A stretch of 52,911 nucleotides of DNA, taken from assembly GCF_001194135.2 (NCBI RefSeq), contig NC_068987.1, positions 94,395,621 through 94,448,531 on the forward strand. The letters are read 5' to 3'. The position numbers were made by a program, and so were the translations under genes. Positions 1 through 12,769 of the stretch are shown here, piece by piece. Source of the DNA: Octopus bimaculoides (taxonomy: Eukaryota). The notes beneath the pieces are model-generated. The model did not search any database. It was not told the origin of the DNA and was given only the letters and a program-made list of their open reading frames with translations. Each line of letters begins with the position of its first letter. Positions within the stretch are counted from its first letter, which is position 1.

Positions 1-96
1 ATACATATATGTATATTCATATATACATACATATATGTATATTCATATATACATACATATATGTATATTCATATATAAATACATATATATATATTC

Positions 97-142
<46 letters not shown>

Positions 143-145
143 CAG
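1..145. repeat. TA-derived minisatellite (about 26-bp unit ACATATATGTATATTCATATATACAT) decaying into (TA)n
   Basis: About three near-identical units are readable from position 2. The ORF 9..392 is an artefact of this repeat. Confidence 0.85.
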
Positions 146-899
146 GTCACTACTGGTAACAGATAACCCAGTAGCGCCTGTTGCATGGTCGGCTCGTCGG
201 CGACTAAACTGGCAACCCCATCAGGCTTGGTTAGTGAGGAGGGTGATTGTTGGACACCGTGCAGGACGAAAAATAAAACCTGTCAAGGGGCGGAAAAGCT
301 TACGAGCAGTGAACAGCCATCCAACAATATGTGTATGCATGTATGTATGCGCGGGTAAGTTGAAATACCTGGGTTGGTGTCCAGGCGCGTGATTGGCCCA
401 CTAGGAGTGGGAGGCCCCTCTCTTGTTGTCACAACATCTCTCTCTGGGAGGGAAACTCTGAAAGAAAACCTGCGACACTGACAATATTCGATGATGTAGA
501 CTAGTTTTTCTTTTCCACTTTATGATGTTCACGTTCAGAGGGTGGCATTCGATTTGCGCAAATCCTTTCCCCATAATAAAAGGATCAACATGCACAGGCA
601 TCGCTTTAAAAAAGTAAGACATCACAAAAATGGCTGGTTGTAGCCTTCGCATGTGTGGGACTTTCGTTCAGGCGTTGGCAATACTCGAACACGAGTTTGT
701 AGCCATTGTGTGTGTGTATGTGTGTGTGTATGTGTGTGTGTTTGTGTGTGTAAGCGTAATGGAGTCGGATAGTTTGATTTGCACTGACCACCTTTTCCTT
801 TCCTCCTTTTGGAGTCAATATAACTTAACCCCCATCCTCAGTTGTATCAATTTTCTCTTTCTCAAACTCTCTTTCTTTCTAATTGTTCCTTTCTCTCAG

Positions 900-992
900 C
901 CGAGTACTAGCGTAGAGAAGAATGGGCTCCAGCCGAAAGAAAATGCCGAAAACATGTCGTACAACACAACAACACCCGTAGGAGAGAAGTGA
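900..992 (+). CDS. Possible orphan terminal coding exon (PSTSVEKNGLQPKENAENMSYNTTTPVGEK*), unassigned
   Basis: A long pyrimidine tract (851-896) with a CTAAT branch-like motif ends in CAG at 897-899. Only frame 0 stays open, to TGA at 990-992. No homology recognised. Confidence 0.2.
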   Translation, partial: PSTSVEKNGLQPKENAENMSYNTTTPVGEK

Positions 993-1779
993 AAAGACTA
1001 TAGCACGTAACTGTGTGTGGTTAAAATGTGGGAGCGAGTATTTAATTTGGTAGGGAAGGAAATGAGATCGAACACCAGGCGAATTATTTTGTAGCACTTG
1101 ATTTTGGCGCCGGAGGTTTATTTCAAATTCCAGCTAATTCAACATTGTCTTTTATTTTTCCGAAATCAATTTAATAATGTATATGTAATTTCTAATCTGT
1201 TACGAGGTTCTTAAAACTTCTAGCTGGTGGTAAACATCTATCCACGCCATTTCATTCTTTTTAAATTCTTCAGCATGATTTAACTTGTAACTTATTTATT
1301 ACATTACGAAGTGAGACATTCCATCGAAATTCATCATGACTCGGACAAAAGCCATGGTATGTCTTATTTTTGTAGACGGTTGGTAGTTTAGGAATTGAGA
1401 GAAAGACAGACCATTCTTCGTGTACACGTACAGAATTATGGCCGTTTCCAAGAGAATTCTTCCTCGTGAAAGTGTGTTAAATTAGCTAATCATTTCAACA
1501 TTAGCAGTGAATTATTTCACGAGCGGTTTTTCGATATAATCATTGAGGTATCGACAATTATTTCAGTCTGCTATGTCTTATCGGAAATCTTACGTGAACT
1601 CGAANNNNNNNNNNNNNNNNNNNNNNNNNNNNNNNNNNNNNNNNNNNNNNNNNNNNNNNNNNNNNNNNNNNNNNNNNNNNNNNNNNNNNNNNNNNNNNNN
1701 NNNNNNNNNNNNNNNNNNNNNNNNNNNNNNNNNNNNNNNNNNNNNNNNNNNNNNNNNNNNNNNNNNNNNNNNNNNNNNN

Positions 1780-1930
1780 TGTGTGTGTGTGCCTCTGTGT
1801 GTGTGTGTGTGTATGTGTGCCTCTGTGTGTGTGTGTGTGTATGTGTGCCTCTGTGTGCGCCTCTGTGTGCGCCTCTGTGTGCGCCTCTGTGTGTCTGTGT
1901 GTGTGCCTTTGTGTGTGTGTGTGTGTGTGT
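1780..1930. repeat. Compound (GT)n microsatellite with GTGTGCGCCTCT-type 12-bp units
   Basis: Read directly; it flanks the gap at 1605-1779. Confidence 0.85.
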
Positions 1931-2229
1931 TATACATTTTATCAGATGTATGTTATTACCTGTGTATTAGATATCGTTTCGACACATCCTGCATCGCTTC
2001 CCTGCGGGAGGGAAACTACACAATGAATCACAATGCATCCGACGGTGCAGAAGTATCTTATCGTCATACTGCTAGGGATCCAACACGTAAAGTTTCAATT
2101 TGAAATTTAAACTTTAAAGAAAACGAAAAGAATAGATTTTCTTTACTTTAAAATATTTTAACATTCAACTTTATAGTATATATAATATTTATATGTAATA
2201 CGTATATATTATACGAATATACTTCGACT

Positions 2230-3010
2230 GTCAGTTGTAGGTTGATGCTGGCTGTTCTTGTTCAGCAATTATCTCTCGTAGGCTCACATATGGGCTCCAA
2301 GGCCAGTTCTTGATCTGCAGCTGCAATAGCATCTTTTGCAGGTGGAGCTACTTGATTCAACGGAGAAGTGATGCCTCTCATGGGCTCTTTCATATTCACT
2401 CTGTTGTTTCTCTTCAGTGGCTGGAATTATGTTCTTCAGTGATTGGTGCTATTCATCGGGCTGCAGGGCCTCTCCTCCCTGGAGTCTGGGGAGGTGCCGG
2501 AGTTCTTCAAATGTGTTTTCAGCACATCCCTGAATGGCAATATCTGGCCACCACGGCCCCGCCTGCCCTGATGCACTTCAGCATAACAAACCGCCTTTTG
2601 GAGTCTGCCACACTCCATCCTGCAAATATGTCCTACCCAACGCAGTTGCAATGAGGTAATGAAGCCATCCATACTTACAACACAGAACTTCCACATCGGG
2701 AATGTCATCCTGCCGTCTGATATGCAAGATGGAGCGCAGATGACGAAGTTGGACTCGTGCCAGGGCTTTGATGTGCCTACTGTTGAGGGCCGTGCATTCT
2801 GTTGCATAGAGGTAGCAAAGGAAGCGCTGTGATACCTTTACTGCAGCACTGTACACATTTGTCTTCGTGTTACGTGTAATGCCATGGCAGCTCCATTGAC
2901 GCTGCTCGAGAGAGCCGAAAGCCTTTCTGGCAGACTGCATGTGCCTTTCAACTTCAAGGTCAGAAGAGTTAGTTAAAGTTAGAAGATCCTGATGGGATCT
3001 GGTAAAGTAA
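2230..3010 (-). mobile_element. RTE-clade LINE, 5'-truncated and frameshifted (RT C-terminal region to 3' end)
   Basis: Minus-strand peptides include SARKAFGSLEQRQW...TKTNVYSAAV, QLRHLRSILHIRRQDDIPDVEVL, LQLRWVGHICRMECGRLQKAVCYAEVHQGRRGRGGQILPFRDVLK and RSRTGLGAHM. These match the RTE/BovB-type ORF C-terminus. Confidence 0.9.
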
Positions 3011-3264
3011 CTCAGTTTTTTTTTAAATATTGTTCTTGAGACGAAACATGTCTATTGCACAAAATTGGTCTGCATTGTGCTTAAATGTCTTCAAATTTGC
3101 TGGCCACGAGCGCCGAGTCGTCTTTGCAGAAGAATTCCCTGACTCGCAGTTTCCTAATTTTGGTCGAGTCACGAACACGAGCCGACTTCAAGAGCGTCCC
3201 ATCAGTTCTGGTGCGGAAGAAAACCCCCCTTGAAGGTTTTTTCTGCATATCATACATATATATG

Positions 3265-3309
<45 letters not shown>

Positions 3310-4590
3310 ATCGCGCGCGTGTGTGTAATATATGTTAAGAGCTTTTAACTCTTATTTCTCACTCATATATTGTAACGATTAAAGTTTTGGTTTAAAATTA
3401 TATCTAGTTAAGGCGGACGTTGACCAGCATGGAGACGATTAATGGCTTGCTTCCTCTGATTGCGTGCCAATCTTGGCATGCTCGTTACGTTCGCGAAACG
3501 AATGATAAACCGGTAAATTTGTGTACCTTTTATACCCAATGAGTCAACGTTTTGTACGTGTATCATGCGTTCGCATGCATTACCATGTTCACGAAAAGTG
3601 AGCGAGTTCGAACCCTACTTGGAATCTTTGTGTTTTCAAAAGAGAGTGGTATTGTGGGTCAGTGACATCTTCCTGGTGTCAAATTACCTAGAAATGTGAT
3701 AAAATCCATATAATCTCGATATCGTCTGTGAAACATTCTTTTACTGTGCGCCGTTTCTTTTGTAGTAGAAAGAGAGAGAAAGAGAGATGACTGTGTCTAT
3801 GTAGTGTTCGAGAGTATTTGTGTTGGTCGACATAAGAGAAGAAGACTAAAATCATGGCGAATCTCAGCTCTAATGTATTTGAAGAGTTTTGCGTGTGTGT
3901 AGAGGGGGGAGGGTTCTCTTTTTCCTCATATCCAACCTGGAGAGCCTATAAGGTCAAAACATTACAATATTTGTATTGACAAAACATCTGTTATCAAAAA
4001 ACATAAAATGCCAAAGGTGGCACTTTCTTCGCCACATCTCTCTTTCCCACCACCCTCTCTCACACGCACATTTCCATTTATGTATGTGTGTATGTAAATA
4101 TTTATGCATAAGCGTGTATGTATACAAACATATATGAATATATAAATATACGTACATATATGCACACGTACATACATTGTGTTTCGTACTTAAGACCCTA
4201 TTTAAAACGTGAAGTATATTGTTAAAACTAGACACAATTTTTAGGACGAAATCTCTGTTGCTCTGTCTGTAGTTACGTTTATTGTCGCAGCCGTTATTTC
4301 AGAATTGATCTTCTTTCTTTAATTTCTCGTAGATTTTGGTTAACGTTAGTTGTTTTTGTTTTTGTTGTTGTTGTAGTCGTCATCATCGTCGCCATCGTTC
4401 CTGAGTTTATTCAGATTTTTCCTGTTGGAAGTCTTTATATCGATCCATTTTCAACGACTTCTGATTATGTATTCACGCATGCATACATGAATGCATGCAT
4501 GCATGCATGCATACATAAATGCGTGAGTGGGTAGGTGTATACACACACACACACCTACATATTATCCATGTCATACGCAGCTATAAATGC

Positions 4591-4618
4591 TGCCGTTTTT
4601 CTCGACCAATAGGTAAGC
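4591..4618 (+). promoter_or_regulatory. Acceptor directly followed by donor (recursive-splice-like AG|GT site)
   Basis: GTTTTTCTCGACCAATAG|GTAAGC, with AG at 4611-4612. Confidence 0.25.
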
Positions 4619-7223
4619 CAGTACGTAATTCCACAGTAAAAAGATGTTTATCAATTTGTATTCAATTCTCAGCTAAGACAGCCGTCACAATACTTACATT
4701 AATTCGCTTGTGTAAAATTTTACCTTCTTTCATTTTTTTGTCTCTAACATCTTTTTTAATGGTTTTAGTATTTTACTTGCAGACGTTGTTGTTGTTATTA
4801 TTGTTTAGTCGCAGGTCACCTTGATCGGACAGGGATATCATCAAAAGATATTCTAGCCGAAACCATTCTGTCTTGTTTTTATTGTTTTCTTCAAAACTAG
4901 TGTTTATGAGATTACATTGTGCCACTTGTTCTTTCTTTTCATGACGATACGCTATGATACGAAGCAGAATCGCCAGTTATTTCTATAAGATTCAATGGCG
5001 ACAGCTTTGAATTATTACAGGGTCTTTCAAATCATTTGTTTATTGTCATTTTATTTTATTTTAAAATGTCAACCTCTTTTCTGTTACCCTTCATTTTCCA
5101 AAATATCCAGCTTTCTAAGATTTAAAATCTGTTCTAATCAAGTTTCTTTGTCTGATTTATGGCTCGAAACTAAGTTCTTTCTGCTTTCTCATCTGCAAGC
5201 GAAGACAGAAGGTCTATTTTCATTGAGCCATTGCTGCAGCGATTAGATACTTCGGGGGATGGGAGTGACATGTTGCTTAAAATGGGTTACTGGTGGGCCA
5301 AATCTGGGCGATTTCATTAACATTAGAAGAGTATTAGACATGTGCACATCAAACTGAACAAGTCAGTAGGGTTGCACCTCGGTATTTGAAGGGACAACTG
5401 TAATTTATGAGGATAGACCGAAGGTTTAATAAACCACTCGAGTTTGATTCGGACCAAACCGCCGGCTACGTAGCGGCTGAGTAGAGGTGGCAAATATGAT
5501 ACACTGTCTCACTTGGAAACAAATAAAGAGTAAGTTATCACTGAAAGGTCAGGCAGACGTGGTTAACACTTCTTCACCTCGGTGATGTTCCGCTGATTGC
5601 CTTGATTCAAAAGACCTCAAATAGATTCCAACTCATGGGTTTTCGTTTGTAATGGAAATAACAAGTCCCGCTGGTCAGGAAATTCATTTGCTGCTAACAG
5701 CCACTTCAGTATTCCGTCACTAAGGATACACAGTCAGACGCTGAAGCTAAAGCAAATGCAAAAATATCAGACTACTTTCACTGTGACAGCGGTGACAACA
5801 TAAAACTCGTGTTTTNNNNNNNNNNNNNNNNNNNNNNNNNNNNNNNNNNNNNNNNNNNNNNNNNNNNNNNNNNNNNNNNNNNNNNNNNNNNNNNNNNNNN
5901 NNNNNNNNNNNNNNNNNNNNNNNNNNNNNNNNNNNNNNNNNNNNNNNNNNNNNNNNNNNNNNNNNNNNNNNNNNNNNNNNNNNNNNNNNNNNNNNNNNNN
6001 NNNNNNNNNNNNNNNNNNNNNNNNNNNNNNNNNNNNNNNNNNNNNNNNNNNNNNNNNNNNNNNNNNNNNNNNNNNNNNNNNNNNNNNNNNNNNNNNNNNN
6101 NNNNNNNNNNNNNNNNNNNNNNNNNNNNNNNNNNNNNNNNNNNNNNNNNNNNNNNNNNNNNNNNNNNNNNNNNNNNNNNNNNNNNNNNNNNNNNNNNNNN
6201 NNNNNNNNNNNNNNNNNNNNNNNNNNNNNNNNNNNNNNNNNNNNNNNNNNNNNNNNNNNNNNNNNNNNNNNNNNNNNNNNNNNNNNNNNNNNNNNNNNNN
6301 NNNNNNNNNNNNNNNNNNNNNNNNAATATTCCTCTACTTCGGGGCTCTGGCAAAATAAGTAGTGTAGTGGAATAGTCTGAAAGATTTAAAGATAGGCCTT
6401 TTCCTCTCGGGACCAAACTCATATTAACTTCTCCAAGTACCACCTTCTGCTGTTTTTAAGGAAATGTGAGTGGCAAGACTGGAACGTTGAATGGACTTAC
6501 TTTGAATGATTTCTTGCTTTTTTTTTTTTTTTTAGTAGGAAGAAAACAAAGCATTTTGCCCAGCTCGGTAACGATTCTGCTAACCCGCCGCCTCAAATAA
6601 CCTTATTTCAAAAAGTCTGAGATCAAAGCCACGATTATTTCGTCTTATTTTTATCAATCCTCGACCCTGACAATATTATCTAACGTAACTTCCTTCCTCT
6701 TCTATGTTATTTTCACCAAATTACTTGAGTAACCAATAACGAAGTCTGGCAATAATTCGGGCGCCATCTGGTGCCAGACGCTAAAGCAAATTTATATGAA
6801 AGAATCTAAACAGCCATTGTCCTTGTACGTGTTTGATTCTTGTTGTTGATGATGGCGATGATGATGATACCGGTCTTTAGAATGGACTTGGTGTTGATGT
6901 CTCTGTTGTCGTCAATATTTATATCAGTGATGTTACTATTTGATAAGAGATATCATTTAGTCTCTGCCCGGAGATATTATTGATATTTCGACATTGACGC
7001 AATTCCAAAGAGATGCCAGAGATTAGATGATGAAGAAAACCCGTAAGATCGCACATACTTCGTTTGTTAAACTCAGGAAGATCAACGGCAAAGTTGAAAG
7101 ATTTAAAGTCTCAAAATAAATAAATGTCTCTAAATAGCGCAAGGAGTATTGTTCTACCATTTCTGCACTCACATTGCCATGGCGACAAATAGTTTTAATT
7201 CTTTTCTTTTTTTGCGAGATATA

Positions 7224-7385
7224 GGCGTAGGAGTGGCTGTGTGGTAAGTAGCTTGCTTACCAACCACATGGTTCCGGGTTCAGTCCCACTGCGTGGCACC
7301 TTGAGCAAGTGTCTTCTACTATAGCCTTGGGTCGACGAAAGCCTTGTGAGTGGATTTGGTAGACGGAAACTGAAAGAAGCCCGTC

Positions 7386-7461
<76 letters not shown>

Positions 7462-7675
7462 CTGTGTCTGTGTCTGTTTGTCACCCCAGCATCGCTTGAC
7501 AACCGATGCTGGTGTGTCTATGTCCCCGTAACTTAGCGGTTCGGCAAAAAGAGACCGATAGAATAAGTACTAGGCTTACAAAAAATAAGTCCTGGGGTCG
7601 AATTTCTCGACTAAAGGTGGTGCTCCAGCATGGCCGCAGTCAAATGACTGAAACAAGTAAAAGAGTAAAGAGAGT
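7224..7675 (+). mobile_element. tRNA-derived CORE-type SINE with internal (TA)n(TG)n, full length (family A)
   Basis: It has a tRNA-like head (TGGCTGTGTGG...GGTTCAGTCCC), a CORE-like GGCACCTTGAGCAAGTGTCTT segment, an internal microsatellite, a 3' module ending AAACAAGTAAAAGAGT, and near-identical copies at 21928 and 47755. It may correspond to the octopus OR-type CORE-SINEs (not verified). Confidence 0.9.
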
Positions 7676-7699
7676 ATATTGGTGACCCTATGAGGAAGA

Positions 7700-7905
7700 C
7701 ACTAAGGGGAAAGGAACTCGATCTACCAGAAATAGCAGCGAAATCTACCTCAATTAACACATTAGCGCTTTAAAAATAAAAAACGGTGCATATCGTGATT
7801 TCGATTTCTCTTCTCAGAAGGAAAATACAGATGGCCACGGTTAGAATACTTATGATCGTAGGTCTACTCGAATGATTTGACCTGGGGTTAAACAAGAACA
7901 ACAAC
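7700..7905 (+). mobile_element. Recurrent old interspersed repeat with AAC-rich tail (probable LINE/SINE 3' end, unclassified)
   Basis: The motif AGAAATAGCAGC.AAATCT...GATGG(T/C)CA..GCTGGAATGCCTTT...GGGG.TAAACAAGAACAAC recurs in diverged form at about 18895-19050, 23225-23385, 23480-23690 and 31590-31750 (+), and about 39400-39625 (-). Confidence 0.55.
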
Positions 7906-8917
7906 GTATTAGTTAGAGTGAGGTGGTTTATTTGCATTTTTTCTTCCTATTTCCGAGTGCGACACCACTTGATGGTGTAATCATAATATGATGCTATGAC
8001 CTGTAGTTGAGAACTTCAGCATCCACTCAATTTTCCCTATAAGTTATGGGTCAATATTTGCCTAAAATATCGCGTAGTGGGATCGAACCAAAGATCTCGT
8101 AGTTGTGAAATGAGCTTTTTAACCAGTCGGTCGTACTGCATCTACTTCTACATTCCTTTCACACAGCTATTTGTTAAGACCACCAGACTTTTAACTGGAA
8201 CATTGTCTGTGACTCAGTCGATATTCCGTATCAATTCAAGATATTTCAAGACTGTTGTCTCAAAGAATCTTTTTTTGTTGATGATAGAAACGACATTTGC
8301 TACAGATTCCATTTGTACAGAAATATTCGTCCTGAAGAATTTCTTTATAACGTGGGTCATCTAAGTTGCTTTCTTGACCTTTGTCTGACAAGATGAATAT
8401 AGCTCACATTTAACAAGTAGCGTTATACAATCATATTGTCACCATGAAGTGTTCAAACGATCGTAATGAAGAGTTGAATATAATATCATCACCATTATTC
8501 TTGGACTTACTGAATTATACACTCTGTGATTGATAAATCATACCCGGCATTTCAGTTGGTAATCTCTATATCTATATATACATACACATATGCGTGTGTG
8601 TGCGTGGGTGGGGGGAGTGACTGCTGATAAATCAGTGCACCAACAACAAAAAATAGCTTGCGCTATTATTTAGTACAAGTTGTCTCTTGACGCCGAAAGG
8701 AGGTTTAGCAATTCGATAAATGCTAATCGATAAAATATGTTCCAGATAAATCTTTAGGATCGATATTGTCGACAAAAATCAACTGATAGGGGGAGGGGGA
8801 GGAAGTCTGTGGAAGAAATAATGGTAGAACAAAACAGAATCTCTTTCTAGAAGAGATTATTGCAAAGACGAGATTTGTAGATGTTAAGTGGATTTGTTGG
8901 AGTCGAACGTTTTGTTA

Positions 8918-8989
8918 GCCTCCTCCTCCACTTCCACTTCCGCCTCCTCCTCCACTTCCACTTCCTCCTCCTCCTCCACTTCCACTTCC
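8918..8989. repeat. 3 x 24-bp pure-pyrimidine-strand minisatellite (G/T)CCTCCTCCTCCACTTCCACTTCC
   Basis: Units lie at 8918-8941, 8942-8965 and 8966-8989. They explain the poly-Glu ORF 8884..9078. Confidence 0.9.
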
Positions 8990-9479
8990 TCCTCCTCATC
9001 CCGCTCCTCCTTTCCCAGATTTATTATAAGCTGTGGTTGCTTTGTTTTGATATCTTTTATTTCTAGGACTGTTTGCAAATTTTCTTCCTTTTTAAAACGA
9101 GATATTTGAGTACTATTTCTAGCAGGTTGAATGACTACGTCGGGGTTGCCTCGTNNNNNNNNNNNNNNNNNNNNNNNNNNNNNNNNNNNNNNNNNNNNNN
9201 NNNNNNNNNNNNNNNNNNNNNNNNNNNNNNNNNNNNNNNNNNNNNNNNNNNNNNNNNNNNNNNNNNNNNNNNNNNNNNNNNNNNNNNNNNNNNNNNNNNN
9301 NNNNNNNNNNNNNNNNNNNNNNNNNNNNNTTGCGTGTGTTTGTCTGGGAGAAGGCCATAAAATAAAATAAATAGATAAAACAGATGAGGAGATAAGAGGA
9401 GGAGGAGAGAGTGGGTGAAAAAAAAATTGCGCGAAATTTCTCGAGCATCTCTCGTTATCTTTAAATAGATTTACTGCGC

Positions 9480-9960
9480 ACCCTCGAGGGAATTTGAAAA
9501 TATACGCCTCGGGTCATCGTCAGCGTATGAAGGATGGTTGTGGTAACAGTGAAGATGATGATGATGATGATGATATTTTAGAAGGGTAGACGACGATAAT
9601 GACGATGATGTCAATAATGATAACGAGGCTGTTGTTGCTGCTACTGTCGATGCTGCTGATGATGATGATGGTGATGATAATGATGATGACGACAACGACG
9701 GATGTGTCGACGATTGCGACGGTAATGGTGGTGGTGGTGGTGGTGGTGGTGGTGATCATAATTACAATGATATTAATGAGGATAACGATGACGTCAACTT
9801 CACACGGTAAGAGGCTCGAGAAGGCTACGTCACAAACTCCTCTTTTATTGTTTTTGTCTTTTTTTTTGTTACTGTCATCTGGTCAATCGTCACCACCACA
9901 ACCACCATCATCTCCACCAAGGAAAACAATAACAACAACAACACAATTCGAACCACGACT
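9480..9960. repeat. Degenerate trinucleotide low-complexity tract (GAT/GGT/CAC/AAC)
   Basis: Read directly; it gives homopolymeric ORFs in several frames. Confidence 0.85.
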
Positions 9961-10180
9961 CTAACATTCGAAACAATGTCATTTTGTGGTTGGACTTTAT
10001 TTTCTTGTTTGCCGCCATCGCCTCTGCCCCGAGGCCATTGAGACAATAGAAGATAATTCTTGTAAAAACACAGCATCTTAGGCACTTAGACATGCATCTA
10101 TCGTTCACACTGCTGAAGATCACAACAGTCTACCCGGATATATCTGTGAAACTGTTATGAATTTAATGATGTAAATTACG

Positions 10181-10302
<122 letters not shown>

Positions 10303-10611
10303 TTGCCTGCGTGATAAAGAAGTTTGTTTTGCAATTGTGCTTTTAGATTCAGTCTGAAAGCGAACCCTTCGAACGAGTGTGTTCCACCATCATCTTGGTT
10401 TCACCGAAGACTTAGTCGATGGGAATTATTCATCGCTAGTAGACTTAACTCTGTCAGCACCGTTTTACCACGCGTACTTTTAGCAGATCGGTTCCTGTTG
10501 TAACCATTCGAACAGAACCAGCGGCTAACTTGATCCCATTGTTTTTGGTTCCCACCCATTTCAGGAGCCAATATATTTTTGACACCCGTCCATCAGTATT
10601 GTCCTTCATTA

Positions 10612-10642
<31 letters not shown>

Positions 10643-11898
10643 CTACATCCACACATGCGTGCGCACACAAACACATACAAGCTTCACATCTGCTGAAGGT
10701 CTTTACTGATGACCCAGATATTTTCTAAGTCAAAAGAAAATAGTGTAACTTGCTGGGTCTCAAAGTCGTGAAATCGTTGCGGTGGATTTTCAGCTTAAAA
10801 ATTCTGAAATCAATATATTCAAGAAAAATATGGGCAAAGAGTAAAATCTAGCTGGAAGAATTTGACGAAGGTCTTAGGGCTGGGTACTAAAGTTTTAAGC
10901 AAATAGAAGAAGGAATACCGGTAAGTCACGTGGATATAAAGTGGGTCTGTGAGCATGCGTTAAATTGTTACACTATGTTACACTGTGATAATCTTGCAGT
11001 GTTACAGAATGACGGTGATAAATCTTCAAGAATTTGTCTTTCAGAAACAGCTTGTGTGTAGAAGCCTCATTTTCGCATAGATATGACCAGCATTACAATA
11101 TACATGCTTTTTATTGAAAGTATTATGCAAAGCGATCAATTGATCGAGGATGAAGTACTAAAGAGGGGTGATAACATTTAAGGTGCACTTTTGGCAATGA
11201 CATAAATGTGAAGTCTCATCCGAAATTGTAAGACACATATCAAACGACGAAATATTACAAAAATTCAAGACTAAACGACCAGATGCTGTTAATCTTTACA
11301 GTTTGTTAATGTTTGTGGATTAGTTTTGAAGGAGACATTTTCCTGTCCTTATAAAGATATTTTCAAAGACCCCTGTTTATGAAGATATTGCAAGTCCATG
11401 TGGATGATGTGACAGTGTAGTAAGTTAAGAAGAAATGCGTTAAATTGCTGTACGAATTCAACGATACAGTGTGTATACACATGCATACACGCGTATACAC
11501 ATATATGTATACACACAGATGAATACACACGTGCTCTTGCATTTATTCTTTGTCCTATTTCTAAGGATTCTTATATATAATCAGGACTGGTTAAGATTTT
11601 GTGGATACGGTTAACAGTTACCCCTGCATCCAAAACTTCTCTCAACGCCCCTCCCTGTCTTAAGAATAAACTTTTCATAAAGGCCGATACATCTGGGCAA
11701 CAAAGTCCTCTAATGTATTGCATTAGGACACAAAGGGCTGGTGCAACTAAGGTAGGGTGTTTCGTCCGTTCTACTAATTAAAAACAAATGAGACATCGAT
11801 CTCGAAAGAGTAGCAAAGTTGATTACGGTGAGATTTAAACAGAGGACACAGGTTCGAAACTTTCCTCCAGGCATTCTAACCAAGGTATCAACGACTCA

Positions 11899-11939
<41 letters not shown>

Positions 11940-12073
11940 GCACACTCGGATACACGCGCACGCGCTTATATTCGTATTCTTCATCGACGCAAAAAGATTA
12001 CTATGTATAAAGAAACCTGTATGAGAGAATGGTATGGATTTGGTGATTGGTCACCTAAATATACCGACACACA

Positions 12074-12127
<54 letters not shown>

Positions 12128-12769
12128 TCGGGGTTGTAATTAAGGAAAGGGAGGTAATGATGGAAATGATAGCTTTGGTCATAAATTTTGAAGGAGGCGC
12201 AAACGTCGGAAGATGAGGACTGAGATGAACAAGGAACGGTGTAATTAAAAGTAAGAATAATTAGTTCTTAATTAGAACAATGTAAGCAATAAGTGTTTTG
12301 TGTTTTGTTTGTAATTTCAGTTTAATATTGTTAAATTTTCTATATTTTTATCTTTTCAGTTTATTCTTGTTTTCTGAGGTGGGGGAAATATTTGGGAAAA
12401 GATGGAATTGAAGTAATCACAATTTTAAACAAATAAAAAGAAGCAGAAATGAAATAAGAGATGTATGTGTGAAAGTGGGGTGTGCATGGGGGTGGGGGTG
12501 CTTGAAAGGTTGTTTCTGTTGAAATCTTAGGGAGTAAAACATGAAACACTTTGCTAACTTGGTCACATCTATCATTGGAAGCAGGCTTTCATATCTCACG
12601 AATAAAGACTTTCCTTTATACACACCACAATATTATACACACTTCTTTATATACGCATATTTTAGAATAATTAGTTCCAATGTTAAACCTTGCGGGTAAA
12701 AATATCATTGGAAAATAGAAAACTTAGCAGAAAAAATAATCGAAGAGTAAATTAATCACACCCCACCCC

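Noticed and set aside
652-673. GTGGGACTTTCGTTC resembles the body of miR-278
   Set aside because: The seed is broken (TGTGTGGG instead of TCGGTGGG) and there is no complementary star arm nearby.
140-700. GC-richer block that might be a LINE 5' region or exon
   Set aside because: There is no recognisable peptide or diagnostic motif, so it cannot be classified.
1336-1362. ATG-ACT-CGG-ACA-AAA-GCC-ATG|GTATGT as a first coding exon (MTRTKAM)
   Set aside because: It is only seven codons with no matching downstream exon found; such motifs are expected by chance.
3025-3050. GAC-GAAAC-ATGTC-TATT with upstream AATA, hammerhead 3' half
   Set aside because: The CUGANGA half is absent; at best this is a deleted remnant.
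3854-3979. Small ORF MANLSSNVFEEF... with a good start context
   Set aside because: 41 aa, runs through a GT repeat, no homology and no good donor.
6326-6443. Minus-strand SLVPRGKGLSLNLSDY, vaguely like LINE RT domain 1
   Set aside because: It is too short and divergent, and is truncated by a gap.
8884-9078. Acidic poly-Glu ORF
   Set aside because: Fully explained by the 24-bp minisatellite.
10870-11460. Coding-like decayed stretch (LQVHVDDV resembles YxDD)
   Set aside because: Many stops and no other RT or transposase motif in register.
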